DNA of 63,943 nt from Spizellomyces punctatus DAOM BR117 (taxonomy: Eukaryota): the NCBI GenBank assembly GCA_000182565.2, contig KQ257469.1; one strand, 5' to 3'. Below are positions 25,476 through 41,705 of this stretch, in pieces. The notes under the pieces are model-generated. The model worked only from the letters and a program-made list of their open reading frames with translations. It was not told the origin of the DNA and made no database searches. A program made the position numbers and the translations under genes. The first letter of the stretch is position 1; the number at the start of each line of letters is the position of its first letter.

Positions 25476-28400
25476 ATGACCTCGTGTGTCCCACAGGAAC
25501 TTTTGGCCATTGGAACATTAAGATTTATTTTAAGCGAGGCCTTTGCTCATCTTCATGCTATCAATACGATAAAGACAGAGCAGCTGGCACCTCAAACGTG
25601 GATAACATGGCCGGCACGTTCGAAACCCAGTCTTCCTAAAGGTGACCCGACGTTGATCGAGGCCTTGCAATACGCTTGTGACTGTCATGTAGCAGCCGCA
25701 GAGTTCTGGTGTGCAACGATAGTTGGTCGGCAAACTTCACATAGTTCTGTGATCTCGGGGAACGGGTTGGTGGTGCCATTCGACATGAACCTCAAAACGG
25801 AGGAAACCGAAGAGCTCATTATAGATGAGGACGGCGAATCAGCTAGCCCAATGGTTGATGGTCTGAAAGCACAAGAGACAATGATTGTGCGATTATACCT
25901 GGTTCCTGAAGACATCGAGGGTCGTCGCACGATTCGGTCGCTACCATCAGGGCGAGCGCGCACTTGCCGGAAACTGGTTTACCGGCTACTGCGTGCAGTT
26001 AATCCAAGCCCAAAAAGGTGGCATTTAGCCGATGACAGTGTGGGCATGTATGACGAGGCTGGATTGTACGCATACAAGGTGTGTTTTCTGCATGACTTGC
26101 ACCACTCCTTCCCTGTCACGAAGCTGATCAATGTCTCCTCGTAGCCAGTAAACGTCGGGCTTGCTCAGTTGTATCAATCAATGCCATCTCCTGTGCCATT
26201 TGTCTTGGAGAATAGAGCAAACTCCGCTGATGCTTGGCTTGTGCATCAATCTCAGTTACTCGCCGCCCCTAACGGCATGAAGACTCACCTATTTACATAC
26301 CAAAAGAATACCCTTTGGAAATTATTGCAACGGGAGATAATCCCTCAGAGGGTCCTTGATCCCGATATGCTGGAGTGTCGAACTGCTGATGAGGGCCGGC
26401 GATATTGGTTGCGTATAAGTACGGGTCAAGTCTATAAACAACCTACCTATTATGAAGAAGCCAGAGGTGGAATAATTTGCGAGGACATGGGAACAGGTAG
26501 TAGTCATCTCAACTTTTAGATACTTTGGAATTGGTCCTCACAAGAAGCCTGTTTTAGGCAAAACATGTATCTGTATCGCTCTAATACTTCACACCCGTCA
26601 TCAAATAAGTGAACCTCCGATTGACTGCTTGGGAGGAACTGTGCGGACAGATCTAAACCGTCATTGGCTCCACCTTGTCGATGGGGATAGTTCCGATCTA
26701 TCAAAAGAGGCAATGCCACCCTCCTTAAAGCAATTGGCGGTCGTGAATATTATAAAACATCGTACACCATTTCGCCACAAGAAAAACCGGCTCCCGGATC
26801 CGCTATACAAACTTTTGAGATCTTCTCCTCCGTATTATCTCAAACAAGCTCGCCAAAGTGTACGCATCAGCCGTAGCGCGGCGGAACCGCAGCCACCTGT
26901 TAAGATCTATCTGTCCTCGAGCACGCTAGTTGTAGTTCCTGATACACTCGTTGATCAATGGCGCATGGAGCTGAATAAGGTACTTGGCGGCTAGAGTGGA
27001 CTCTTCCCACTAGAACTGCTCCTAACTGACGTGCAGCACGTGGAAGACAGAGTGATCAAGCTCTTGGTATTGAAAGATAAAGATGACACCATACCATCTG
27101 CGGTGGAGCTGGGGAAGTACGATGTAAGTGAAGAGGAAGACGCAGTGGGCGCTTATTGATATTGTAATTGATGAGGCTGGTGAAGATCGTTCTCATGTCG
27201 CATCCTCGGTTCGGATTGGAATATCACCGAGGCGGGGGCTTTGAATTGACAAGTGGTTAGCACGAATTCAGCGCACTATCAAGAGAATTGGCCTTAAAGC
27301 AGTCTTTAGATACACGATACCGATCACCTTTACTTGAGGTGCGATGGCTGCGGTTACTTGTCGATGAGGGGCATAGTATGGCGAGGAGGAAAGAAGGCTC
27401 ACCCCAAAGCGCACTGGCAGCGAATTTGGCGGCGGATAGGCGCTGGGTTTGCACGGGCACTCCCATGCCCAATGTTTTGCACAGCAATTCCGACGAAGAT
27501 GAGAAAGATCTTCAGAAGCTCGGATCCTTATTATCAGAGTTCCTGATGGTCGAACCGTATGCGTCGGCTAAAGGTTGAGCTAAGTGGGTTTACCTGCGTC
27601 TGATACATGGCTAGCGGACTGACGTTCGGTCGCTTGTTAGATACATTTAGAACTGTGATCGCTAAACCTTTTTTGGAGAAGCAATTTCATGGATATGAAA
27701 AATTGAGAGATTTGATGCATAGAGTGATGGTGCGAAATCGCCAAGAGGATATCGAGCGGGACGTCAAGCGTGAGTACAAATCATGCAAAGAGGGAGGTTT
27801 TGGACCTCTGGAGTTGACGAGGCCCGTCTAGTTCCGGCTCTTCATGAAAGACTGGTGATGTTGGATTTCGGACGCTACCAACGAATTGTTCACAATTGCT
27901 TGCTCAGCTTTTTTGGAACCAATGCGATCCTCAGTCAGAGGGAACATCAAGTATGTCTCCATTGTGATGCAATAAGGATACCTTAATAATGATTCCCCTT
28001 TGTCAGGATTATTTTTTCCACCCTAGTCAAAAGAAGGCCTTGCGCGGTAAGTCTTTTCAGAGACAGTCACGCTCCGCAAGCTCCTGACTACTAACTCTTT
28101 TGCAGAGGCTGTGCAAAATCTCTTTTCGTCATGCTTCTGGTATGCGGTGTCCCATTTACCTGAAAGTATAGCCTCAACGGTTGAGAACGTTGAAGAAGGT
28201 TTGCGATTTGCTGAAGAACGAGGATATAGCGCTCAGGACGTCGCTCAACTGAGAGCTATCAAAGCTACTCTTCTTGATGCCTTGAATGACCATTCGTGGC
28301 TGCAGGTTGTGAAGAATCAAGAGGTGGTTTATGGCGTCAGTCATTGCCCGCCGACTCTGCAGACAAAGGCGGTTGTCGCATCAGTGAACTTGTCTTCGCA

Positions 28401-29726
28401 CAACTGTTCACATGAGTATTTGATACATGCAAAGAATATCGAAGCCTTCCGGAAGAATGTTAAACTGGAGGGGGCCGATAGCAGCGAGCAGCTTTGCGAG
28501 GATGAGCCTTTATTGGAAGCGCCCAAACCGATATCTCCTGATTTCGAGGGTCCACAGTACATATCACCAGAACCGCATACTACCGCCGACGATGGAGTCG
28601 CCGTTCAAATACAATGTGATCGATCTGCTATCGTATCAACATCGAGTGTGAAGTTGACGTACTTGGCAGATCAGGTTGGTGGTTATTCACTGTAGACGTC
28701 CTTTCGTTACTAAGGTTACTGGCACTGCAGATTATAAAATATGCCCCCCATGAGAAAATCATTGTTTACGCTCAGGTATTAGGCATCATGTGAATTTGTT
28801 GGCTACGTAGTGTACCGCTTCTCATCATGGCCTCCCAATAGCTCAACAACGAAATATACTACATTCATGAACTTTGCCGGTTGGCAAGGATTCGATGTAT
28901 TTTGTTTCATCGACAGCAGAGGGTGTCAGAACGCGCACATAGCGTCACAACTTTCAACACAAGCGATCATGCCCCAGGTGTGTTCCACCAGAGACAAATA
29001 TGTTGGTGGGTCGAAAGCTGATCCCCAGCGGCTTCAGTCATTATCATGGATACCAGATTAGCGGCCTGGGGAATTGATTTATCATCGGCAGTAAGTAACC
29101 ACGGGTCATCATTGGTCCTTCATGCATTCTGAATCGCCAATGCCCTTCGGCACTAGTCAAGAGTGTACTTCATCAGCCCAGGTAAATCTGCGGCAAATAA
29201 TCAACGCCGGGCTATTCTTTTTGATTGATTGAAGGGCTTAGTTTGGCAGCACGACATGGAACGACAGGCGATCAAGCGGGCACATCGAATAGGATGCACA
29301 CGTCCCGTGCACGTTGAAACCTTAGTAATCCGAGGAACTGTTGAAGAAGACATCGTGAGAAGGCGAGGTGAATTAGTGCATGCTACGCATCCAGCCAAAA
29401 GGTTGACAGACGATGGAAAGATGCGGGGCATTCTCAGCTCAGCACTCCTCATTCACTCTCCTGACAATGACGAGCCTGCGAAGAACTTTGCGCGGCTAGA
29501 AACGCCAATTATCTTGTTAGCAGGGAAATGTTCAGCAGCCGTTGATTATTACGCGCAAAAGGACACTCCCACGACCAGACTAAGCCAGGAAGATGACCAA
29601 AGATGCGACGCCCCGCGGAAACGTTATGACGGAGAGGAGGAGGCGCAACTGCATATCAAGCGGACGAAGCAAAATCCGATGGGATTTTCTGCCACCCATG
29701 TAAACCGTAGGGTGCAGTTTACATAA
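25476..29726 (+). CDS. SNF2-family helicase/ATPase (Rad5/Rad16-like), spliced
   Basis: GGIICEDMGTGKT, TLVVVPDTLVDQW, WLRLLVDEGH, RWVCTGTP, WGIDLSSASRV, QAIKRAHRIG; start approximate. Confidence 0.88.
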
Positions 29727-30000
29727 TGCGCTAATATCAGGAAACCTGCCATAGCAGAAACTGTGAAGTCACATAGACATAGAAAAAGAACCAGAACAGG
29801 ATCCAATTGGTGGTCCCACGGCTTGTCTGTCTAATGAGGCTGTTGGTACATATCAATATTTGAAAAAGATCTTCCACAAGATCCACTGGAAAGCTGGGGG
29901 TTGGGTTCGTCAAATCTTCAACGATTCATTTCAGTGGGCAGGCTCACCCCATAGATACGATTTTGTGCACAAAATTACAGCATTATAGAACGCGTTCCCT

Positions 30001-31251
30001 TTATGCTTCCAAGGTAAGTGCTACGCCAACCTTGTGCACATTCTCATGGAGACGGGTAGTGTCAAAAAGACCACCCAAGGAAAGCTTGATACCCTTGCGG
30101 AGGAGTTGAGTGTATCCAAGACCAAGCTGACCGCGATTGTCAATTTTCGCCTAATGACCACCAGCCGAATTAATCAGTAAAGACCACTAAATAGATTCTC
30201 AACCTGAGTCTGACCTTCAAAAATGCATCATTGTCGAGAACATATTTGGAACCGACTTCGATATGGACAGTGTTGTCAGCCGACTTCACCCAGGTAGCCT
30301 TCGCACCTGCCTCAACGTCTTGATTGACACGGTGGTAATAAGACGCAGAGTAAGTGCTCAGCGCGTTGGTCCTGCAACGGGCAGAATATTCAACCGACAG
30401 CCAACCCTCACTGGGGAAAAACACGCGAATAAACTCACGCGTGCAAAGCCAGGGAATACTCGCGGGCAAGATAGCCAAAAGCGAAATTGTACTTGGTCAC
30501 CCGAGCATCGGAGACATCGTATGCAACTTCACCACCCGCAAGGAAGCCATCATTTCTACATATGTAACTTTAGAACATTTTCAAATAGTCAAAGGTGGTG
30601 TCAGCCACGGTATCCTACCCAACGACAGCATCTCCATGAAGGGTCGGCCCTTTGAAAAGGTCCACAGATGAGCGGGTGAAGAGATAGTCCTGCTTATACT
30701 CAACACCAGCCTTTGCATTCTTGGTCCTACCACCATACTCGATTAGACACGAGGAATGCCACTAACATCTCTCTATTAATGGCAGGAACTGTACCCCTTG
30801 GCAGGAAGAAGGGATGCTTGGAAATCCAATTTCAAGCCCTTTGCAATAGTGTTATCAAGTTCAAGTTGAGCACCAAGAATGTTACTGGTGGTCCACGATT
30901 CCGTAAAAGTGACACCTTTGTGGAATAACGGGCGATTAGAAAGCCCTATACGAATGTGATCGTTGACGGCACGTACCACGGAGCTTGTCGGTGTATTTTG
31001 TTTTCAGTTCACTGGCAATTGCGCCGGTCTTGTTATCTTTCGTCCCCAACACGGTGAATTTCTGTGGCAACCGACGCAACATCAGGCTAGGTAACGTTTC
31101 GAGATATGTAGCATAGTGCCTAGTCACATACAATGCCATTGGAGGTTGTGGTGTTAACTTCAAGCTTGGCCGAGCCCACCGGGAAGTCCTTGCCCAACAA
31201 ATCGTTGGTGGTCTTGCCGATGTCAGAAAACGCAGGGGGTACGTTGGCCAT
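30001..31251 (-). CDS. POR1: Voltage-dependent anion channel (mitochondrial porin), spliced
   Basis: MANVPPAFSDIGKTTNDLLGKDFP, TFTESWTTSN, ASYYHRVN, AKIDNRGQLGLGYTQLLRKGIKLSLG, HKVGVALTLEA stop. Confidence 0.93.
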
Positions 31252-31574
31252 TTTATAGGTTCTACGCGAGGAGAACCAGACAATGCGAACGTTACGACAC
31301 CGTCAGGGTTTGCGTAGCTCGGACGATCGACAAGGAAACATAAGTACCTACCGCAATTTCTCGACGGGGAAGGTTGTCCGTTAGATGTGGTAGATGAGTT
31401 GGTCGACCGTGGTCAGTTACCGGTCACATTGTCCTCTGATATTAAGTCATGTTTTTTAGATGACGTCATCTATCATCGTATCCTTGGCAACGGAGGACGC
31501 ACGTGGGTTTCAAGCAAGCGATGCGAGTTGAGTAATCAAAGGTTCAGCAACAACCAAAATGCAAGAATCTGAAC

Positions 31575-33328
<1,754 letters not shown>

Positions 33329-33410
33329 ACATTTGTCATATCCATGAGATGCCATTGTGTAAGATTACAAGATGCTCTATTGTATGCAAAATCTATGCGT
33401 GGGGTGTCTG

Positions 33411-36400
33411 TTACTGGGCCGTCTTCTTCTCTCGATTGTGTGCAGCTTGCCGAATCAATGCCTCGATGAAGGAATGTTGCTGCGCGTTCAAGGCCTGTCT
33501 GACGAGAGACGCTGACTCCGGGTTCCCCGCCAGCCGCTGCATCGTCCTTTCAAATTGTGAGTACGCTTCAATATGGTCGAGCGGGGTGGTGAAGAATACA
33601 TCTTCCTCTAATTCTTCCACATCCCAATCATCATCGTCATCCTCGAAAACGGCATCTTGCGCGGACCCATTTTGCCGACTCTCAGCGGCACTATGAGCCA
33701 ACATTTCAAGATATTTATCGTCATCGTCGAGGACGTCACAATCATCATCTAATCGCTATGTTAATACTTCTATGCATCTGAATAACGATGCATTTAATGC
33801 CATTACCAGGTGCATCCGTGAAAAAGATCTCTGCGTCCTCATCTTCTTCCACATCCTGCTCGTCTTCGTCGTCCAGACCCTCGGCATACATTTTTTCTTC
33901 TGCTTCTCTTGCTACAAGTATATTAGACTCTATATAGAAACGTGCCGCGAAATCAAGCTACTCTACCTTGTATGGCTTCTGGATATGATTCAAACACCTG
34001 CAGAACACAAAGAAGAACCTGAGTCCAGCCGGGCCCCTGGAGGGATGGTGGAATTTGATTCAAAGGAAGGTCAAGGATTGCCAGAAGTGCTAGGATACAC
34101 AATTTTTTGTCATGCACGCGCTTGAAATCACCAAGGTTCTTGAACCAGAACTCGAGCACGGCAGCTGTCGCCGCTTTTTGCTCTAGCAACACCAAGGTAC
34201 CCGCCGGGTTATAGTAAATTCCATTGATCACCACTTCGAGGCATCGCACTTTAAACCCGGCTTTCTTAAGCCGACCGCTCTTTTGAATATAGGGAAGAGC
34301 CAATTCCAGGAAGCGTGGTACATACTGGCGCCAGAACTGTCAGTGTATATCTTCCTAGGGCTAATACAAGACTTGCACTAACCACGTCCACATGTCCACG
34401 GAGGTTGAGAAGGATAGCCTCTATCAGATCACAAGCACGGCTCCTATTTGTATCTGTGAGATGCTCATTATCCTCTCGTAGCACGGTCTGGATGATATCG
34501 TAGATCTGTTCTTGATGTTCCTTGCTCTGTGCGAAAGTTTCCTTGCCGAAGGACACGTAATTCTCCAGACAATTTGCCATCTCATCGATATAATCGACGG
34601 CATCGGTTTTGAACGCTTGATATATCAGCGGCCAGATGTCCCACATGACGCGCGAAATCGCCTTCGCACAAAATGTCGTCGTTTCGATGATATCAAAGGT
34701 TTCGTCGTACAAATCTAAGGTTAACGAAAATTTAGGAAACTTTGTTTCAAGACATGGTCCACCAAACGATCGAACATGTACCAATGACATTATGTTGAAG
34801 TACAAAAGTAAGCGCGGGTGCCACAATAACTTCCAGCTCTACGGATATCTGCGGGGATGCTTCCATAGCGAGCACCAGGGTACACAGTGTGCGTAGGACA
34901 CCCTGTGCTGCCGCCGTCTTCTCTTCCAACGACTCGTCATATTCCATATCCTCGTTTTCAGTGCTAACCTCTGCCATCAAGCGGACGAAGGTATCGCGCT
35001 GAGAGAGATGATCAGATCAACAGAGGAAAAATAGACACTGAAGATCTCACCAGTTGGGTAGCAAGTTGAATAGCAAACGGCGCCAGCTCTTCGGAATAGT
35101 CCGCTACGAGAGTTTCTAAGACCTGTGTCAATGTTTCCATGTCCACCTCGTTCGTCAGGTTCATTAGGGCTGACAAAAAGTAAATACAAAATCAGTGGTC
35201 GAGATTTAATTGGATCATTATCACTAGACGTGGGCTACCTTGAATAATACTTTGAACGTGTGGTTTCATTGCTTCATAGACTGTTCCATGTTTAGTTCTC
35301 GATGTGACCCATCGATGCCCAAGCCAATCCGATGTACTTACTCATCGGGATTTTTAGATATATCCGCAGAGCTAGGGCCGCTGACACTCGGACGGGTAGG
35401 TCTGAGTCGACAAGGCAGTCGAGAACTCCTCGGAAAGCCATCTGCTGGTTCCCTTCATTCTCAAACACGAGACCCTCGTAGCTTAGCAATGTTTCGCATG
35501 CCTGTTGCAAGGAAAGAGTTTACATATGGGACTATCCACATGCATGAGCAGGCACGGAAAATATGCACACATACCCGCGCGCGCAAGAATGCATGACTGC
35601 TCTTCAATTCCGGTAATACATGTGTGACAATAAATTGCTCAAGATGTCCTTTGATGGGGGATTTCTATAGTGCGGGAAGCAGTTATGAATTTGAAGCACC
35701 AATGCCGAGAAATTAATATTACATTATCTAGTGCCAACGGAGCAAGACATGACATCATCTTTAGAGCTCCATCCTTATGACGAGGGTTCCGCTGCTCCTG
35801 GGAAGTTTCTTCATACCTAGTGTTCAACAATAAGCCCGTGACGAGGGATGTTCAATAGCTTTATCATGTTGCTCTGCTTACCTGGCGATAATCGTGTTTA
35901 TAAGGCTCACAATGGGCACAAATGTTTTAGATCTAAGCTTCGCGATATCGAAAAGCAACGTCTCCACTGCGTGAACCGGACTTCGAAAATCTTCGAGAGG
36001 ATTGTCGATCTTCTTATGGACGTACTCTACCGGATCTGTATTCCATAGTTCCTCATCCTCTTCGTTGAAGCACAAAAGCGGGAAGACAAATTGCAAAATA
36101 ATGGCTTCCAGATGGGGTTTGATGATATTCCAGGTTCCTACCGGTTTCACGCTGGTTGCCAATGGTCAGCCTGCTGTTGGTAGATGACCACTCACTATCT
36201 CGTGACAAACCATTTAGTGACAAAATCCGCGAGGTGCTGTTTGACTCTTGCAGACATCCAGACCCCCGATACCAATTGCTCGATCTGCTTCATGTATACA
36301 TTGAGAATGTTTGGCGCAAAATGCTCCATAAACACTATAGAGAAACTATGGTATGCTTTCTCGGGCTTCCGGCCATATCTACTGGGAGATAAGTAACCCG

Positions 36401-37556
36401 CTACCGGCCAGAGCTGTAAAATGATCGCTTACCGTTCAAACAAGGTGTTTAAGCAGCTATACGCCCATTTCTTAGCTTTCCACCACGGATGTTTTTCGCG
36501 CTCCAATGCATCAGCGGGCATGGCGGGCATGTCAATGGGCAGCGTTTTCTCAATGACTTGCACGAATAGTGTGCCCCAAGGAACCAAGGATGACGACTCT
36601 TGCTGAGTCTTTGAAAGTGACATCTATCAAATTACAGAAGTTGAATGTGTGAGTAGTAGTGCACTGGGCGCGTCCAGCACACACTGAACAGCTATCACAC
36701 CCTAATGGTTGCATTGTATGTTTTCAAGATCGTCTTTAACATATCTCCAGCTTCAACATCGGTCAAGGGTACGAGTCTGGTTCCCACTGAGTGCAGTATT
36801 GGCAGCCCCCTTTCGATAAGCTCGTCCAAAAACTGCCGCTTTTCAGGTTTCGCCCATCTGTTGTACGAGCACGATGAGCTCTAATAATTTCAGGCATGGC
36901 TCATTCACTTACTGAAAACACTTGACGAATTCTTGCACAGCGGCGAGGCCTCCGTACACCGACGCTTGATCCTGAGCTTGTACCATATTCATCGAGTCTT
37001 GAAGGAACTGCGGCCAAAGGCCTTGGGCATAATCGTACTGCAGCATGCGACCCAGACAGGTGATCAACTGTACTCTTCAACGGTAGCCAGGACAGTTGTT
37101 TAGAAATGTCACCAATAGTGTCAGAAGGCCAGCAAACATGGGTGATATCAACGTTTTACCATCTCATCAGAGTTTCAAATACCAACCTTATGTTAGCTGG
37201 AAGCTCTACTATTGCTCGAAGTATGTGCTGCCGCACAAATAGCTTATCCCCTTCATTCACAGGCTTTTTGCTTTCAGGATCCCAACCTCGCTGGAGTCGA
37301 TTCTTGAAGTAAATTGCAGCTTGGGTGATAAATCGCTTAGGGTTGTGTATGGTAAAAAGACAAGTTCAGTCGTCAGGACGGTACCTGCTTGACGCACGGC
37401 AACATTGGCATCAGAGGTTCCCAAAATTTGCAGGACGCCAGGCAGAAATCCTACGGATTCTTCTGCCTTACGCAATTCAAGTTCTGCCTGCATTCGAACA
37501 TTATGGTCAGGATGCACAGTAGCCTCGAAGAGTCGATAAAGCACGCCGGCGTCCAT
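33411..37556 (-). CDS. Importin-7/8 family karyopherin (Nmd5/Sxm1-like), spliced
   Basis: IBN_N LFEATVHPDHNVRMQAELEL..VRQAAAIYFKN, HPWWKAKKW, DEELWNTDPVEY, FLRARAC, RVHDKKL, acidic tail. Confidence 0.92.
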
Positions 37557-37828
37557 CTTTGCCAATGGGCGATTCTTCAGTTCCAAATGTGACTGCGAGT
37601 GAAATTGGAAATTGGTCGACAAAAAAAATTATACCGCGTGTGTCACGATGTTCAACGTTCACCCCAGACCAATGCTGGTAATAAACCTTTTAGCACCAGA
37701 GTTCGCTGGTTAATGTAGGGTATACTGCAGTGCGCAAATACATTGGAACTGAATGAAATAAAGGGAACGGTAACGGCAAGCTTGTTGGCAATAACAGTTT
37801 GAGTAATTTTTGTTCGGTCCCAACCGTA

Positions 37829-40800
37829 TTACGTGTATATCTCAGCCATTATAAGCACTATGAGTGCGGTCCAGCCCGTAAAAGGATGGGATCGCTTTCC
37901 AGTCCCGTCGATAGAGGAGTACTGTTCCCAGACATATCCGGTACGGCGGTATTCCTATAACAATGTTCAGATACCTTAGCTTCGACGGGAACAGACGCGG
38001 TCATCATCAAACGAATACCTTAAAAACATTCTCTATTAGGTTCCTGCGCAGCTCGCGGTATATACGTTGCGCCCTTTCCTGGTGGGGTCCAGGTTCATGA
38101 ATATAGTTCTAAATCGCAGGAATCAACATTAACTAACGTACAACAGGGGAGCGTGCCGATATCATATCTACCTTGTATAAGCTGGAAAGCGCAAGATAGT
38201 TGATATTTATCCAAATTGGCCCACGCCAATAATTTTCCCCTGTGTTGTAGTATTCATCATCTTTGCTTAAGGATGCTAATCCGAACGGAGTCCACAAGTG
38301 TCTTGGATCTTCCATCAAGTCTAAAACTGACCCCAAATATGGGGAATCCGGACCAAGGAGACCAAGAAGAAGCGGGAACAAGCTAACGTAGCCCTTGTGA
38401 ACCACGTAATAGGAACGGCCTAATTGGAGGAAAGGAGTGAGGTGGGAACGGCGATTGGTAGTATCACACGATATAACCTTTCTCATCGATTGACAAATCA
38501 CAGAATGTCTTGGACGCTGGATTCCAATGCAAATCTGTATGAAAAGGTACTTCAGTATCCCGATACCGCACATAGGAAATGCCGGTACCTTCTAAGCTTT
38601 GCAGCATACGTCTCTCGTCCTCGAAGAGCAGACCTGTGTCCTCTTTTTCACCGATTTCCTGGGCAATTTCTTTCAGTGTTCTTGCGTAGAACGCCATCCA
38701 TGAAAGGAGGTCTACGTGTAATTCCCCAGAATGAGGAAGTACGGCCCTGGGGTAATCATCCAATCCTTAAACCCGATACTAGCGCATTAACAAACTCTCC
38801 ACGCACATGGATTTCGTCAATAGAATATTTACCACTAGTTAAAGTATGAATTCCCTGTCGACCGCGCCAGCGATATCCCTCTCCTCCCCGAGCTTTGCGG
38901 CCGCCAACTCTCTCATCACCCCACTGCGTTTCGCGGAACCATTCGTACTGCTTCTTAAACCTCCTGTAAATGTCCCGCAAAAACGACATGGCGAGCTCTT
39001 TGTCCAGAAGGTGGCGATTTATTACAACATTGATATCAGTGGCAGCCACGCTGCGCAAACCACCTAGAAGCGAAAGCTCAATCTCTTCAAGTTGTTTATT
39101 CTTTTGTGCAATAATGGAGTAACTTTACCTTCCTGCAGCGCTTGAGATTGAGCGCGTAAACGCTCCATGAAGGCTTTAATACTCATAACGAGGGTGGGAG
39201 GATTCGCGAAGTGGGGATATTGGGTTTGGAATTCAGCAGGCACCTGTACTTGATTTACTATCTTGAACCGGACCATGTAAAGTCAATATTTGAACGATAC
39301 CTTGCTCCGTGCTTCTTCTCCCAATATCTGCTCACGTGCAACCCATCCGTCGTCATCTATGAGGGCTGCCCAGTGGGCAACGACATCCAGGCTACCAGAG
39401 ATAGGATAAGTTGTGACAAAGAGAACCACCGCTACAATGATGTGACCGACCTCAAGTCATTATCCCATTGGCCTATAAGCAGTTGATGGAAACCTTCGTC
39501 CCTAATCAATAGGATTAGATGCAGAATCGTAGACGTCAGCTGGTTCGTTATATTACCAAAGAAACCCCCTAGGGAAAAAGGGGCGGCTAGGTACGGCTGT
39601 GAACAACGAAGTTGGACCTTCATGTTGAGGTGCGGGCTGCGGTCCTGCCGTTTCCAGCATGTCGGCGTCGAAGTAGTCGTCTGACAAGTCATCCATCTCC
39701 TGAATGTAGTCTACCGGCTCTGTCACATCGACCTTTTTAAGGGCCCTGTCGACAATGCTTGTGCCGTAGAAATATCTAAAGCCTCGACGAATTAGATGAC
39801 ACAAGTTTTAACATATTCAATTTATTGCAGCCACTTATCGGTGGCAAGCATATCAACCTACCCAAGACCCCCAATCATATTACCCAGCAACGACTGTGCA
39901 AAAGCAACCTGCGTGTCATTGAACCCTTTCTCATATAGACGAAAAGAATCCTCAAAACGAGAATCGAACTTTTGAGAGGCGGAGTTCAAAATGCCGTTCA
40001 AAACTGCGCCGGAGAATCGATCGGCTAATGACCGAACCAAGGCGTCAAAATCAGCCGTGCTTACTGTTCAGTCATTAGTCTTACCATCTGCAGCATTGGG
40101 ACTCCCTCCATGAGATCTGGCAGATTTAGAGAGGAAAACTACGTCGAACTGGAGGGTGATGTTCAGCAGTGTCAAAATTGATGCTCACGAGCGGATATAC
40201 CTGAAATGGTGGTTTCAGAATTTTTTGGAATACATATACATTGCAGCTGGATGCTGGCCGATCTTCCAGGAAGAAAACGTGGGCAGGATGTGGAGGTGGA
40301 TCCCGGTACTTTAAGAGTTTCTCTTGTGCATCTGATAAAATTCGGCGCTGAACGGCATCTTGGACCAAGGCAGGTCAGCAAGCAGGTGAGTCCTTCCCAG
40401 GTGATCCTCAACGGACCTTTTATTTGCCAGATGTGTTCGCTGGGCAGGTCGAACCCTGCCACGTGCGTTTCAGAAAGATCTGGAAGATCGTAGGTCGACG
40501 GATACGGACCGCCCCGCGGCGATCGATTATCAGGATCTGTTATTTTACTTGGTCATTGTGGCAACACTGCTTGCAAAAGTAATACATACGGTCGACAATG
40601 GTCACCGCAAACTCCCCCAGCTCTCTAGTTTTGCCTCGTAAGAATGTTGGCTACGTTAAAATGAGACAGGTAACAGTATAATCTTGAATGTCAGTGCCTT
40701 TGATGAAAAAGACAACTACTGTCGCCGAGTAGCCTCTGAACCATATGCTTCACAAACCTCCGAACCTGACTGCTCCAGATTCATTTCACCCTCCCCATCC

Positions 40801-41585
40801 ATTCCAATGTAAAAGAGTACTGATATATCTGAATCTGATATTTCTTGAAAAAATAACATTACGATAACTTCTGTTGACGGATGTCCATTAAAGAACTCAC
40901 CAGAATCTTCCAAAGCACTGCCTGTTACACGGACAACCCAATCGCCCCCTATGCACGAGAAAACTCAGACTCGAATTCGCTCTGTATTCAACAAAGTCAA
41001 TACTACGAACAGACCATGCTCCCCTTCAGGGTTTTTGATAAAATCGGTTTGGATGATGATGTGATTGAGCGGATCCCGAATGCCTTGTGTACCATATGTC
41101 CGACCATCATGCTTTTGCCAGGAGTAACCAGATAGGCCATCGCCCTGCTCGCACGTATGTCTTATATCTGAGTCGCTTGCCGATATGAGAAAGCGTGTTT
41201 TGTACAGAATCACGTGTATAATAGCCGTACTGTACTTTGTATGGTTGCGGGTGATATCTCGTTAACACCATACCACATTAGACCAGTCAACAAGGTATTC
41301 GGACTTCGCGTACGAGTACCAACTGCAATTGAACGGCAGCTTTAGCGGGACATGTAGAATTGCGTTTTCGACCATAGACTTACAATACAGGTTTGGTCTA
41401 TAGGTGCCCCAGTATAGCGACTGGTTTGCAGCTGCCTGAGCATTTGCGGTATGCCATGCGTCTTCCGCCTTAACTCCTAGAGCAAGTGTTCCCAATAAAA
41501 ACCCTATGAGTGCATTCCTTAGTTGAACTGTCACGAAGGAATGGATGTGTTCGCGCATCGAGATCATGATTGGGAAACGTCCCAT
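37829..41585 (-). CDS. CWH41: Mannosyl-oligosaccharide glucosidase I (GH63), spliced
   Basis: [72 protein letters not shown]; start approximate. Confidence 0.93.
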
Positions 41586-41705
41586 GTAACAGTCAGTCGT
41601 CTCTGGCTGTGGTGTGTGGCTGGGCGTTCAATGACTACGCCACTCAACATTGAATTGTTTTTGTTGAAATGCAACTGCAGGTCAAATTGGTCCTTGCCTC
41701 AACCA